Shown: positions 1 to 13,000 of the stretch, one piece after another
Numbering within the stretch: position 1 is the stretch's first letter
How the letters are laid out: each line of letters opens with the position of its first letter
DNA from: Tubiluchus corallicola
Lineage: Eukaryota > Animalia > Priapulida
Direction: 5' to 3'
NCBI GenBank assembly: GCA_030141605.1
Contig: JAQGDQ010000239.1
Location: 248,001-312,000, forward strand
DNA length: 64,000 nt
Notes under the pieces: model-generated
The model's database searches: none
Told to the model about the DNA's origin: nothing
What the model saw: only the letters and a program-made list of their open reading frames with translations
Made by a program: the position numbers and the translations under genes

Positions 1-282
1 AGTGATGCGCACCAGGTTTTTGTGGACAACAAAATTTAATTTATTGTGTTCAACATCAAATATTGGGCTAACTTGTAAATACTATCAAAAAAATTTTGCT
101 AAACAGAGATATCATTCGTGCGAAGAACCATTGTGAGGAAACTTGGCACACGCTAATACGATTTAACTAAAGCATGTCAAATCTGTCTTTGTAACGTACA
201 TTTTTCTTTATTTCGAATTTAACGTGCAATTGTGGAGTGCACAGATGAATAGTCTATAAAAGAATATTAAGACTCTCATAAG

Positions 283-1995
283 ATGAAGTACATTGTGAAA
301 TCAGATTTTTGTGATCTTTCAAACCAAAGTTTTATGTGGCAAGAATGGTTTTACAATCAAACGAACATCAGAGTGATTTACCATATGTACCTGGTATCAG
401 GAGCAATGTCTATAGTTGGCAATCTAGCAGTTATCATGCTGGTTTTGATAGGACATGTGAAGATGAAACCTCTGATTATTATTTTAGTAAGTTTGGCTTG
501 TGCTGATGTGTTACAAGGTGTGAGTGCAGTGATAAAATTTCTTTTGGTTTATAAAGAAATGGTGGAAAGAAATATGCAGACATGCTGGACAAGTTATTAC
601 CTAATATCATCAAGTTTCATGGCCACTGCCTTAAACATATTATGTCTGACTGCAGACAGATACATGAGCATATTAAAGCCGTTGATGTATCGGACTAGGG
701 TTCTAACAAGCCATTCATTAATTGTTGTGATAATGTGTTGGGTGCTTACATTAGTGTACACAGCCTCAACTACAATCTGCAGGATTAAAAGCTTGCAATG
801 GGACAACAATGACAAGGCTTTGGAAGAATGGTATGCAAATTTCCGGTGTTATTTTGATGCCACTATGTGTCCAGCCAGAGCTGACTTTCCAGCAGCATTG
901 ATATTTTGCATTCTAGTGGGAGCTAATACTGGCCTGCATGCACACATGTACTGTATAGTAAAACAGAGAGTAGTGAATCCACAGTCAAGACACAAATCAC
1001 ACAGCTGGAAGGCCTTAATTACAATAATTATAGTGACAAATACGTTTGCAATATCATATTTGCCCATACAGGTATATAACATATGGCTGCGATTTTGTCA
1101 ACCAAACAATAGTGACATTCTAAATCATGAAAGCCTCGCCACACCTGTAATTACTGCTTACCTATGTCCTGTGATAAACTCTATGCTAAATCCACTTATA
1201 TATGGGTACAGAATTAAAGAAGTACAACAGGGATTTTTCAAACTTATTCACAGAATCAGATATGGCAAGATGAGAGAAGAAGAGTTTCATCATCAATATC
1301 TATTTCCACATATGTTCAACAGAAGAGGCAGTATTTCAGATGTGGTGTTCAAAAGGAAGGGCTGGGAACATGGTACTTGGTCCCATCCAATACGGTGGGC
1401 CTCATATGATGGTACCATGCACTTGCAACCTGCAGCTAAAAGAGCTCAAAGCCTTACTGTTCCTAGCCTTGCTCCCAGAACAAAGAGTTTAATGGTTGGA
1501 CTGAATATAAAGAACGAAATTTCCTCTACAATAGCAACAGCAGTGCCAGATTTGAACAGTGAAATGGAGGGATTCCGTTCTAGAGCAAACACACATACAC
1601 CAAGTTTGTCGACAGAAGTGATAGAGGAAGAAACGCTGGGAGATATTACAGATGATGATGACTTGGACAAAAACGAAGCAGGGTCTTCCAAACATCCAAA
1701 TTTGCAAAAGTTACATAGTAGTAATAGCACAGAAGATAGTTGCTCACAATACAAGCATTGCGTTGAAGGGTCAAAACCAAACGAAATGATGAAAGAAATG
1801 GCAAATCCTATCAAAAATAAAGAAACTGAGAAATCTGGGTACAACACTGAAAGTTTAAAAACAAATGGACTGGTTACAGAAATGGCAAAGCCCCCACCAC
1901 ACTCGATGATGACCATGAAGACTCGTCTGCGGCCCTGTGAAATAAGGAATTTTTCGATGGTTGCAGCCAGGCCTCTGAAGATCCTGGCAAAATAA
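283..1995 (+). CDS. Intronless rhodopsin-family (class A) G-protein-coupled receptor, orphan/MECA-like, with long C-terminal tail
   Basis: 570-aa ORF with 7 hydrophobic segments and class A motifs: GN (TM1, IVGNL), LACAD (TM2), DRY (TM3), W (TM4, MCWVL), SYLP (CWxP variant, TM6), NSMLNPLIY (NPxxY, TM7). The ~250-aa hydrophilic tail follows. The true start could be Met1 or Met18. Confidence 0.9.
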   Translation: MKYIVKSDFCDLSNQSFMWQEWFYNQTNIRVIYHMYLVSGAMSIVGNLAVIMLVLIGHVKMKPLIIILVSLACADVLQGVSAVIKFLLVYKEMVERNMQTCWTSYYLISSSFMATALNILCLTADRYMSILKPLMYRTRVLTSHSLIVVIMCWVLTLVYTASTTICRIKSLQWDNNDKALEEWYANFRCYFDATMCPARADFPAALIFCILVGANTGLHAHMYCIVKQRVVNPQSRHKSHSWKALITIIIVTNTFAISYLPIQVYNIWLRFCQPNNSDILNHESLATPVITAYLCPVINSMLNPLIYGYRIKEVQQGFFKLIHRIRYGKMREEEFHHQYLFPHMFNRRGSISDVVFKRKGWEHGTWSHPIRWASYDGTMHLQPAAKRAQSLTVPSLAPRTKSLMVGLNIKNEISSTIATAVPDLNSEMEGFRSRANTHTPSLSTEVIEEETLGDITDDDDLDKNEAGSSKHPNLQKLHSSNSTEDSCSQYKHCVEGSKPNEMMKEMANPIKNKETEKSGYNTESLKTNGLVTEMAKPPPHSMMTMKTRLRPCEIRNFSMVAARPLKILAK

Positions 1996-4064
1996 AAAAG
2001 AACTACTTCTTCCATGCTGTCCTCCTCATCATATTACAGTCACTGTGAGCATAGCAACATCGTGTTAAAAGTAATGCAGACGCAAACAATCAAGACTGTT
2101 TTGGATATCCAGTGTTTGTTTTCGTAAAATTAAGTCTGTTGATCGACAGGTGGGCTGGGATAAATTAATCAGACCGTTGGCCTCATTTTGATGCCAGGTA
2201 GTAAAGCAATCGTTTGTCCAGTACATCAAGTCATTCTCTGTTAAAAAATTTTTATCAAAAATTTTTTATTAGCAATTACAAATGCAGCAAAAATGTAAGT
2301 CACATCCCATTTCGTCATATAATTATCATTTTATTAACTTGGTCAGATAATATTTCTTGGTACTTGACTAGCACAAATTATTTTGTTTAATTCAGATAAA
2401 ATGACGTCAAGTCGTAAATGATATGATATCAGTCAAGTATGTCATGATGTAATGATGATTATGGTTTCGATTATGGTTATGATGACAATTACATAATGCC
2501 ATGTTGGACAATAAAAACTATTAATTGTACCTAACAAATTGTTGGACTCATATTTTAGCACCTGTCGCACACAGTATTACATATCAGCCCGTGATATCAT
2601 ATCATATCGGCCATATTGCTTTCAAGCGAAGAATACCTGGGCTAACCTAGCACAGCATGGCTTCTGGGCAAGGACAAGATTTGTTGGGACTAAATGAAGA
2701 ACAGCTTCAGCGAGAAACCGCACAAAAGTTGAGACAAATGCTATGGGATAAGTGATTACAAATCACCAGAAGTAAAGCGGAATTAGTTCAATGACTAAGG
2801 GACAGCGAAAATGTTACTACAGAGCTAACCACATCCTCTTCAAAGAGTGAGAGTGCGACGAGGTCTTCACTCAATGTGGCACGGGTATCAAAAATAAGGA
2901 AAGTGATAAATTACTAAAGGGACATGCTCGCAATACAAATCTTCCCATAAACTAAGCATAAAGTTTAAATCACATAGACAAGAAACTCAAATAAACTTGC
3001 TAAAAGGACAGGAAATTGCAATTGGCATTAAAAACAACAAAATTGATAATTAAGAAAACCAGGCAACAACAAAGCATGCATTTATAAGAAGACAGACTGC
3101 TTCTTGCAGCAATGAATCACATTTGAGTCGGAAAAACCAAAAAAAAAAAACAGATAATTAAACTTTGTTGTGAGCAGTATTCAAGGTAAAAAATTTATAT
3201 AAAATCTGCAATTCTGTCAACATAAAAGAGTATTACACTTATGCACATTTTTTTGAAATACACAATCGACTTAGTTTAAACACGTTAACTGCAAGAAAGC
3301 ACAGCTACCAAAATTATGAAAGTAAATAATACTTATGTATTACTAGGTACTACTGTATTATAAGTATTACTGTATTTGCTGTTATCAAAACCCAGCTCTT
3401 GTGTATTTAACATGAAACAGCACTCAGCGAGCTACATGTTTTCAGTGATTACTCATGAAAAATAAAAAATCTGGAGTGATAATGTTAGAAATCTTGCATT
3501 CCTTTCTAAGCAAAATGTTACTGGATTTTTCGCAATGAAAGTTTATTCGACCCTTCAACTCTCATTACTTTCAACTTTAATTGTGCAGAAAAATATATTT
3601 TTAACGTTTTGCTTTATGAAGTTTTCTTCGACTATTTTATTATAAAAATGTGTAAAATATTTTGATTGTGCAAACATTTTGCAGTATATACAGAGAACAC
3701 TCTTGCTGGAAAATAGATTTTTTTCTTGTGCATGTTAAGTCTGGTAACTGTGCATGTTTAGTAACTATGAAAATGGCACTTGTGGTTAAAGTGTATATTT
3801 TTTACAACATTGTGAAATGACCCTTAAGATCAAAACACATCTACGTAACAAAAAAGATGAGTAATGTTTAACGACATGCATACTCTATACAAGTGAAACA
3901 CTTTGCCTTTCTTCATAAACCTTTCATAAACGTTTTACTGTTCTGAGCTCATTAAGACACTTCAAAAGAGAGCTGGCATATTAAAAAATTCTCGCGAATG
4001 CCGAATTATAAATCATATTTACAATTAATTATCATAAACAATGACGAAGAAAAATATAACTTAC

Positions 4065-7000
4065 CTGTACGATATGAGGTAAACAATGAGCTTCTGATAA
4101 CAATCGCTTCGCACGAGGTAATGGCCTAACAATAGCACCGTCTAGATCCCTGAAATTTTACACACCAAGTGAAACAACAGTTGGCACAGTTTCAGTCCTT
4201 ACCATAACAACAAAGTTATAAGGAAAAGTGCAACTGCCCTAGATTATCCAACAAATATTTTGTCATATTATCTAAGTTGCAACTGAACATCAATCTATGC
4301 TAAAATGTGTCTACTTTACTGCGACGGGAAAACCTTGTCAACTGGATGCTGAATTGCCTTCAGCAGTGTCATTATTGTTGCATACCATTCTATTTTTCAT
4401 CTGGCCAACAGCTGTCCTTTTCTAGATAAGATGGCAGCTTTTAGTACGCACAGACGTCATTAGAATACAACAGGTTTTGTGTCGCATTGTGGTTTGAACT
4501 ATGTGACAATTTCTCTAGTGAAATATTTCGAAAGTCACTTCTTAGGAAACCACATAAAAATAAAAGTAACACTTTATACAGCTGAAATTCAATTGCATTG
4601 ATTCGAAATAAGGTTAAGCGCCAAGTTTGAAACACAATAATAACACAACAAAAGTAAATAAAAGAATTTCAGCATGTATGCGTCTGGCAATTTCCCATCT
4701 TTACAACTAGTGCACCAAGTTGACCTTTTTTCAGGTGGCAGGCTAATTTCACCATACTTTTTCTTTTAAATTTTACTTCAGTATGTCAAAATACAAAAAT
4801 TATTCCACATCTCCAGGATTTTTATTTTTTGTGGCCTGATAATAACAATTACGTGTGTCACTTTATTGTGTGAAATTGTGTTTCATTTTAACCTTGGTGG
4901 TAGATTACTTTGAGTCATAGCACTGCTACTGCAAAAAAGCTGCTTAATTTTATTTATATTAACTGTCCAACAAATCACAAAAAGCAAGAAAGTAAAAAGC
5001 ACACAGCAATCCCATTTCTGCTAACAGACTGTATAACTTACTAATTTGTCAACAAACAGTTTATGTTAGCTACATCTAATTAATGAAAGCATAAAAGAAT
5101 ATCTACAAACCATAAAGGACCTCTCATATTTTTTCCTCATAATTGTTCATATGTATAATTACTGAATAATTAAGGGATATATTGTTATCATATAAGTAAT
5201 AATAATAAAGGGGATGTGTATTATTGCATAAATAACTGGAGAAAGCAGACAAAGACAAGATGCAGTCGTATTTACTGGTAGTACAGTAGCATTCCTAATT
5301 TACTCATCCTAGAAAAGCAAATACACTTCAACTTTCTACACGTATGTAAAACTCATTAGTGGGAGAGGGGAAAAATGAGTTTTAGTATAGCGTACACCAT
5401 TTACCTGCTTGGATAATACTCTACAATGCGAATAAGCATGTTTAGTATTAGCGTAGCTAAATCGCTTTCATTCAAAACTCCTGTGCCAGAAGCAACTAGG
5501 CACCACTTCAACTGCGGAATGGTGTTTAGCGGGCGCCAACCATCAAGTCCCGGAGCCCAACACATTGTTTTTGCATCGATGGTTTTGCTTTCATAAAGCT
5601 CTTTCATCTACAAAAGTGGAAAAAGCAGTGAGAGTTTTGAAAAAAAATAACATTAATATGCACGTAGCAGGTGGCGTTCACACATAAATAAAAACCAATA
5701 ATAGAAAATTAAGAAAGATCTGCGACATTAATAAATGTTACTGATTCATAAATGTATTGCTTAAAATTACTGTAGACAACAAAGTGACAAATCAAAAGTA
5801 TTCTTCATAATGACATACCATTTATTTTACGAAAACATTGTTCCAGTTTATTGTATGTTTATATTACATAATATTGTATAATTAATGAAATATTGTTCCA
5901 GCATGTGAGAATAGATCATAAATGACACATTAGCTGAATCAAATAACACCTACAAAATAATAAAAAATGATAAAGAGTAAGCCCTTGCTTAATGACGCTA
6001 ATGCGTTCCAGTAAAATGTGACGTTAAGCGAAACATCGTTAAATGAAGCCAAGTCTTCCATAGAAAATAATGTAAAAGACTTGAGATACATTCCACAGGC
6101 AAAAATTATTGCTGGTTAAATCATATAGCTGAAACATTTTGTGAGTTTTATTCATATTTCTACAGACTAATTTTTTTGTGCTTGCCTGAAACCACCTAAC
6201 CATCTTATTTACCATTACCTAGCTATAGCAGTTTCTCTTTCTTTAACATTTAATCCTAGGTAGCAGTTAAACAATAGACACTGCAGAGTCAAAGCCAAGC
6301 CCTGGACAACCTTGGTAATATTATCTAAGTCTGGTTGCTGTAGCAACAGGTTGCACGCATAAAATTTGCTCGCAGGTCTCACTTGATATAAACGACTAGT
6401 ATTTAGTAGTCAGTCGGGAAGCAAAAATGTATATAATAGTTACACTGGTTACGTCACTAGTGCATTTTTAGAACAGAATAATGCAATACACACTGTTTTA
6501 ATGCATTAAATTAGGTAAAAATGTTGCACTCCTAGCAGGCAGCACATGTACTAATTTCATGTTGTAGCTAAAAGAAGACAATGCTTAATTAAATGCTTAA
6601 GAACATTGTAGCATAAAAACGATTTTTTTCTACAACATCAATATACAAATTGCAACTTTAAAGTTTGAGTTACATCGTGCTATACAAAATTATTGAATAT
6701 TTTTATACATTGTAGAATGTTTTAGGGTTGTGCAAAAATTCTTGTTAACATACTTCAGAAAAACTGAATGGTCCCTGCCTTTCTCGTTCTGCTTTTCCAT
6801 AGTACCACTCCTTCTCACTTTCTTTCCACATGTCTGGAGCAGCTTCTATCACATTGGACTGTAAGATGAAAAATAATACAACTTCAGCTAAACAGTTACA
6901 AATATGTAGTAATTCATATAAAATAATTTTATTGCTTCCTTCAACATTTTTCAAGTTAGTTTGGTGAACTGTAACAAGCAGTGAACAAATATGAACACAT

Positions 7001-10000
7001 GAAACCTGTTAACTTGCATATTATGTTTTTACCTGAGCTGGAACTGTAGCACGGCTAGTGTGCAGATGAGCGAGAGTTAGCAAATCAACTAAAATCCGGA
7101 TTCCATTAGCATCCATTATCTCCTTCACATTTTTCTAGAACGAAAAGAAGAACTTAATAACTAGTACATACTAGTAAGAAAAACGAGCAATTAGCTACAT
7201 TACAAACTACTAAAACTACACTCATATAGGAAACATGTAACTAAACACTGCAATTAAACTTTATAACAACAAAACAAACAATTACTGTATTCTATGTCAA
7301 ATTAGAAAGTAGTACTGAAGAAAGTCCAAAAAATTCAAATTTGAATGAGCTGGATTTTTCAAATTTGAAACTAATGGAATGAAAATTGCCTATTCACTTT
7401 CTACGAATTTAAAAATATTCTACTTCGCGACATCTGTTCTTGCATTAAAATACTCCAAATCTCAAAGATATAGTTGACAAGATAAAGTTTGATTTACTAC
7501 AGAACAAATATCAACAATTGGTACAAACTAGGTCTGCAAAGATCACTAAATAAATCAAGTGTTCGAAAGCCATTCTAGTCATGTTTTGCTTTTTTCATTT
7601 TGCAACCTGAATATTGCAAACAAAAACAAAATGTTGCAAACAAACAGCCACCAAAATTAGAGTAGCTACTAATGTGTCATTTAAGGAAGTCAGATATTTG
7701 TGCAGTTATCTTTCTAACCAATACTAGTAGCAATAAATGTTATATATTATTTACGTTAACTTTAAAAAAATACAGCTAATTTGTTAGACGACATTAATAA
7801 CTTACTCTATTCAGAGTCAGCTTATGAAGAAAGAATATTAGCCGGTCACGCTCTAGACGATCGGTACACTGAAACATTACATTAAAATCACAAGATCACA
7901 TATTTTGAAATTTATTATAATAAAAATGTTTGTTAAGAAAGAGGGGAACAAATTTTACCAACTCTTCGCAAACAAAATCACTGCTTCCTTTCTTTTTCAA
8001 TTATACAGGGGAGCTATAAAAAGCCTCCTGAAATTTTCGAGGGGGAGCTGTTAGCACATTTTGAAAATGTTTCTTTCTCATTCTTGTTGGTCTAGTAACT
8101 GAATGAGTGGATAACTATAGCAATCTTACGTGATCCAGACGTTGCAAACATTTATGCTGCAAACAATCAGTGAATTTGTGTAACCTAATGTATTAAACAA
8201 CTGTATAATTTGTTAACCTAGTCATCTAACTACTCAGTCACAAGGCATGGTAGTGCATAATGAATATTACAACTATTTGTTTCTGACAGTATAGTCTACA
8301 CTAAAAAGTAACCGTGTGTATTAAAATATTGAGTTCAGTGATTTTCGAGTTTGAAGTTTCTTAGTTGGTAGAGAAAGATTCCAGTAATGTAATGATGCAT
8401 GCTAAAATCAAAACTGAAAATTGTTGAATAAGTCACAAAAATGTAAAATTAAATTTTTAAACAATTTCACGTCTATTCAATGAAATTACAGGAATAATAT
8501 TTACTGTCACAGAAAATGTTTAAGAAGTGAAAAAAATGCACAAAGAAAAGGCAATAATTTGAAAGAAAAACTACTATTATTTTTAAAGTTATTTTGTTCT
8601 TTTACTAAGTCATTTATTTGTTAAGAATTTCACTTCTTTGCTTTTCGAACAGCAAATTTTTACTCCCCGATAGCGACTCAGTAAACCACGAAAAACAAAA
8701 CATTTTATGATTATGATTTTAGGAGAGTGGAGGAGAGCGCAATAAGAGGGCGCTTTTAAATGCAAAATATCAAGTGTGATTGGGTGCGAGCCTGATTGCA
8801 TACCTTAATAAATGGTAAGCATTGAAAAAAGTAAATGATATTTATTTATACAAAAAAGAACAAATAAGTAAAAAACAATTACAAACACATTTTTACGATT
8901 ACAAAATACATTTTTATAAGCTGAATTTACCCTCTCTAACATCCCGACAATGTATTTTGTGTCATTGAAACTGCCAATCTCTTCAAAACAGCGGCCGTAC
9001 ACTATGGTCATTGCTTGGAGACATTGACACTTCATAGCAATTTTTGGAGACAGCAAAAACCGGTGATACAAATCATTGAAAAACTCATACCTATTAACAA
9101 ACAAAAGCAATGTAAAATATCAAATGAATTCAATACCAGTGAGGTACATGTGCTAAATATAGTGTCGAGATATAATCAAATACAAACAAACATATTTATT
9201 TTCTCTTTTTACTTGACTGTTAATTACCATAAATGTTTCTAATCAAAATAGCAGATAACATTGAATGCCAGCTTTTCTCACTTTTTACCCACCTTTGAAA
9301 CTCCTGTGTGAAAAATAACACCTAGTTTGCGCATTATAGCTTGAAATCAAAGTCAAGACCATCGCAAAGAAGAATTAGTTTAACAAAAATCAAGAAAGAA
9401 CCTACGATCGCTTGATTGTACTAATTTCATCACATTCTTCATCATCTTCTTCAAGAAGCAAACGAAGATAATATTCGCCAATCTTGATTTCATCAATAAG
9501 AGACCGATACTGAACCTATGAAATAATACTATATACTTTCAACTGTTGGTCAATTACTTTTAAATGTAACATCACTACAAATGCAATTACTCTGTTGAAA
9601 AGTAGTGGCACCACTGTTACAGTTACTTTTTTAACTGGCTGTAACTACAATTACTCTAAGAAAGTAGTGCCACTACTTTCCCGTTTTTTGGAGACTTCTG
9701 ATTTCTGAGCGTCATTGATATAGTACACTGCAAAATGTAAGTGGCATGTTAAAAGAGACAATTAATAGTGATAATTAAATTGTTAAAAGGCAGCTAAAAA
9801 ACCGACGTTCAAACACAGTTGAATCAAATTGTATCAAGTTGTAACTAAGCAGTTTATTTGTTATTTTAACAGACATTTGCAGGTCCTTCACACATTGTCA
9901 ACATAATAGTAAATTATTCATTGCAATATTATTAATAATTTGCAATATATATTGATAATTAGCAAAACATCATTTGTGACTCATTAGTTTCAAAATTTTA

Positions 10001-13000
10001 AAATGTACAAATAATGAGACTGGAATGTGATTTTAATGGCATTTTTGAATATAAAAAAATATAAAAGCATAAACATAACTGTACCTCAAACTCAGAATGA
10101 TTCCAAGATATCATGCAGTTAGCACTGAGGTCCCTATCCGTGTTGAAACCCCTGATCTCGTTTTCCAGTGCATCTTTTAGTTCTTCTCTTGTCTATAATA
10201 CATTAATAGTTTAAAGTAGTACTGAGCTAATGTCCAGGTGACATTTCACAGCTCTATTCAAAACATTGGGTTTTTCTGTTGGGGCTGTGCAACAGTTTAT
10301 AATAAGAGCAGATGTAACTGATGTTACTAAAGAGCATGAAAAATAGGTACATGTGACTTACTACATTGGTGCAATGTTGCATAGGTGCATGTATCAAGCT
10401 GATTACGTTAATGCTCCAAATCAGACAGGTCTAACCTTAACAAGTACGCAGCAGTACAAGTGCAAATTTACATTAGCGTGTAGTTTTCTATTTCGCCAAA
10501 ATTTTACTGAAATACTACTGCAGCACAATACTTTTTGTCAACATAATGTAATCAATTGTTTAGAAAATTAAAACAAAATGAGAAGCATCCGAAATAATTT
10601 CAGTAGTGCTGGTAGTATTTCTTAAAAAAACGTAAGTCATTTTATATTATTTTCAATGATTAGTTTTGTTTGTAATAGTGAATATACAATTTTCAATTGT
10701 GCACATTTTTACGTTCAGTTCATTTTCAGCATACACAATGAAAACTCATTTGCTGTTATAATCAGTCAGTCAGCCATTCAGATAACAACACTATTAGTGG
10801 TCACCTGCTCGCTTCGCTCGCTAACATAAAATTTTGACCCATTCTAAGAATGGGGCCAGGTGGTCAGCCCTGTCAAGCATCATCATCATCATTGTGGACA
10901 CAATAAAAAATTGCTCTATGTGATGTCAGTTTTGTTGAATCTGCAGGAATAGTTTACAATAGAAGTTTACCACTACACTTTAAAATTTGTCATAAATTAG
11001 AGTTAGGGATAATTGCTGATAATATTTTTGATGTTTCAAGTTCTTGCATTTGGCTGCTGTAGATTGAGATGCTTTACCTTACCAAGGTAATGCGACTTGA
11101 AGAGGATTTTAATTTTCTTATATTATCAGCCTAGATGTGTTCCAACGGAGAATAAGAAATAAACACACATTATATAGGCATATCCATTTCTTGAGATCTA
11201 TGTACACATTTATTTTGGAGGTAGGCAGGCAGCCTGCTGAAAACCATAAAACGAGGCTGTTTCTTTTTAGTAAAACTGGTCTAGTAAAACCTGAGCATCA
11301 AACTATCAGCCCACACAAACCGGTTTTTTGCAGATCCGGGCTCTGGGTATATTTGAGAGTCATGGCTATCTGTATTCCTGAAAGTATTGTAATAAACACC
11401 TTGACAGAAATTCTGTTGTGCCAAGTTGTAGGTGCAATAGCTAAGGTGCACAGAGACACAGATACATGCATGCACAAACATATAAAACATACACCAGACA
11501 AAGACATCTCAAACTTTACGACAGCATGATATCATAAACATCCTGTATCACACATATCATGCTTTTTGCTATTAATATTTTTCTAAATGTAAAAGAACCT
11601 TATGATTCCATATCAGATTTGGTCGGGCATGATCTTTGTAAAACTGGTAGTAGAACAATGGCCAGTTGGCTTCGCTTTTAATTCGCTGTCTTCTTTTTCT
11701 CAATACTATAGGTCTCTGTTTGTCCTGAAAATGGAAGTAAGTTAAAAAGAATTAAAAAATTTTACAAAACAAAATACTGCACTTTAGTTACTTTCTCATA
11801 GTTTGGTCAAAAGGAAAACAAGTTTGCTCACAGTGAAAGTTTTACAGATTTCTACAAACAATATAAAATCTGGATAAGTTTTAAAAGTCCACAAACTGTA
11901 CCTGATCTTTTACATTTTGTAGGCCTAGCCGTGCCCGCCAGTGTTGAAGTACTAATTCAACCTGCTTTTCAACTTCCCGCCACTGAATCAAGCTTTGCTT
12001 CCCTTTCAGATGATCCTGTAAAATATCCGTCATCGAAAACCAAGAACAAGGTCTCAACAAGTTATCGTTTACATGGTAAAGTTCAATGAAAACTGTGCAA
12101 ACAAGAGGGCCTAAGGAACTAATGAAAAGTAGTAGACTGTACAACTGTTTGTAGATGTTCATTGCAGACCTGCAATACAGAAAAAATATTTTAACTGCTT
12201 CAGATGTGTATAAACCATTGCTATTGCAGGATTATAATCATAACAGCTAATAAGAGCAATAAGAATTATAGAAGCTTAAATGACTACAAAACATCACCAT
12301 GATGAAATAAATGAAAATGTACTTATCTTGTACCTGAGCTAATTTCAAGTTATCTCGTACATGCATTAAGTCAGTTTCATGGACAGGCACAGGATCTGGT
12401 GAATCAAGGTATGCAAGAAGACCAGCGGGCATGGTCCGCTGAAGCAAGCCCATGGATGTAGGATGACCAGTTACCCATAAACCAACCAAATGTCTGCTGA
12501 GTTGTCTAAATGAAAATGGAGCAAATATAACATCATTTAGTTTACTAACGGTTTTCAAGAGTAACACTTACCACTTATGATATAAAGTCTCAGCACATAT
12601 TGCTATATACTGAAAACAATAGCACTACCTGTTAGTTAACATTCGGCTATCAGTGCTAAGAGTAAACATAGCAGTGTGCAAATGGCGGGGTAGTGCACCT
12701 TCAGCTAGAGCCAAATCTTGCATTTTTGCAGCAATTTCTCCATTACCCTCCTACAACAACAAAAAGGGAAATTAAAACTTTGCTACATGGTCAGTTACTA
12801 CATAATATTTTACAAGTTTGTAGAGCACAGAAACATATAAAAACAATGGTAATAATTCAACAAAAACAATCCAACCCAGATAAAAACTTTACTCAAGCAC
12901 AGTCTCTGTATGAAAATGCAATTCACAAACTCTGTGCAATATTCATTTGTACAAAAATAAAAAATACTGATTATTTAAAAATGTAGTTTAATAAGCAGAC

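Noticed and set aside
1446-2015. 189-aa minus-strand ORF (and other short ORFs antisense to the GPCR and to 56921..58657)
   Set aside because: Antisense shadows of real CDSs with no recognisable motif. It does not resemble the expected next DNAJC13 exon.
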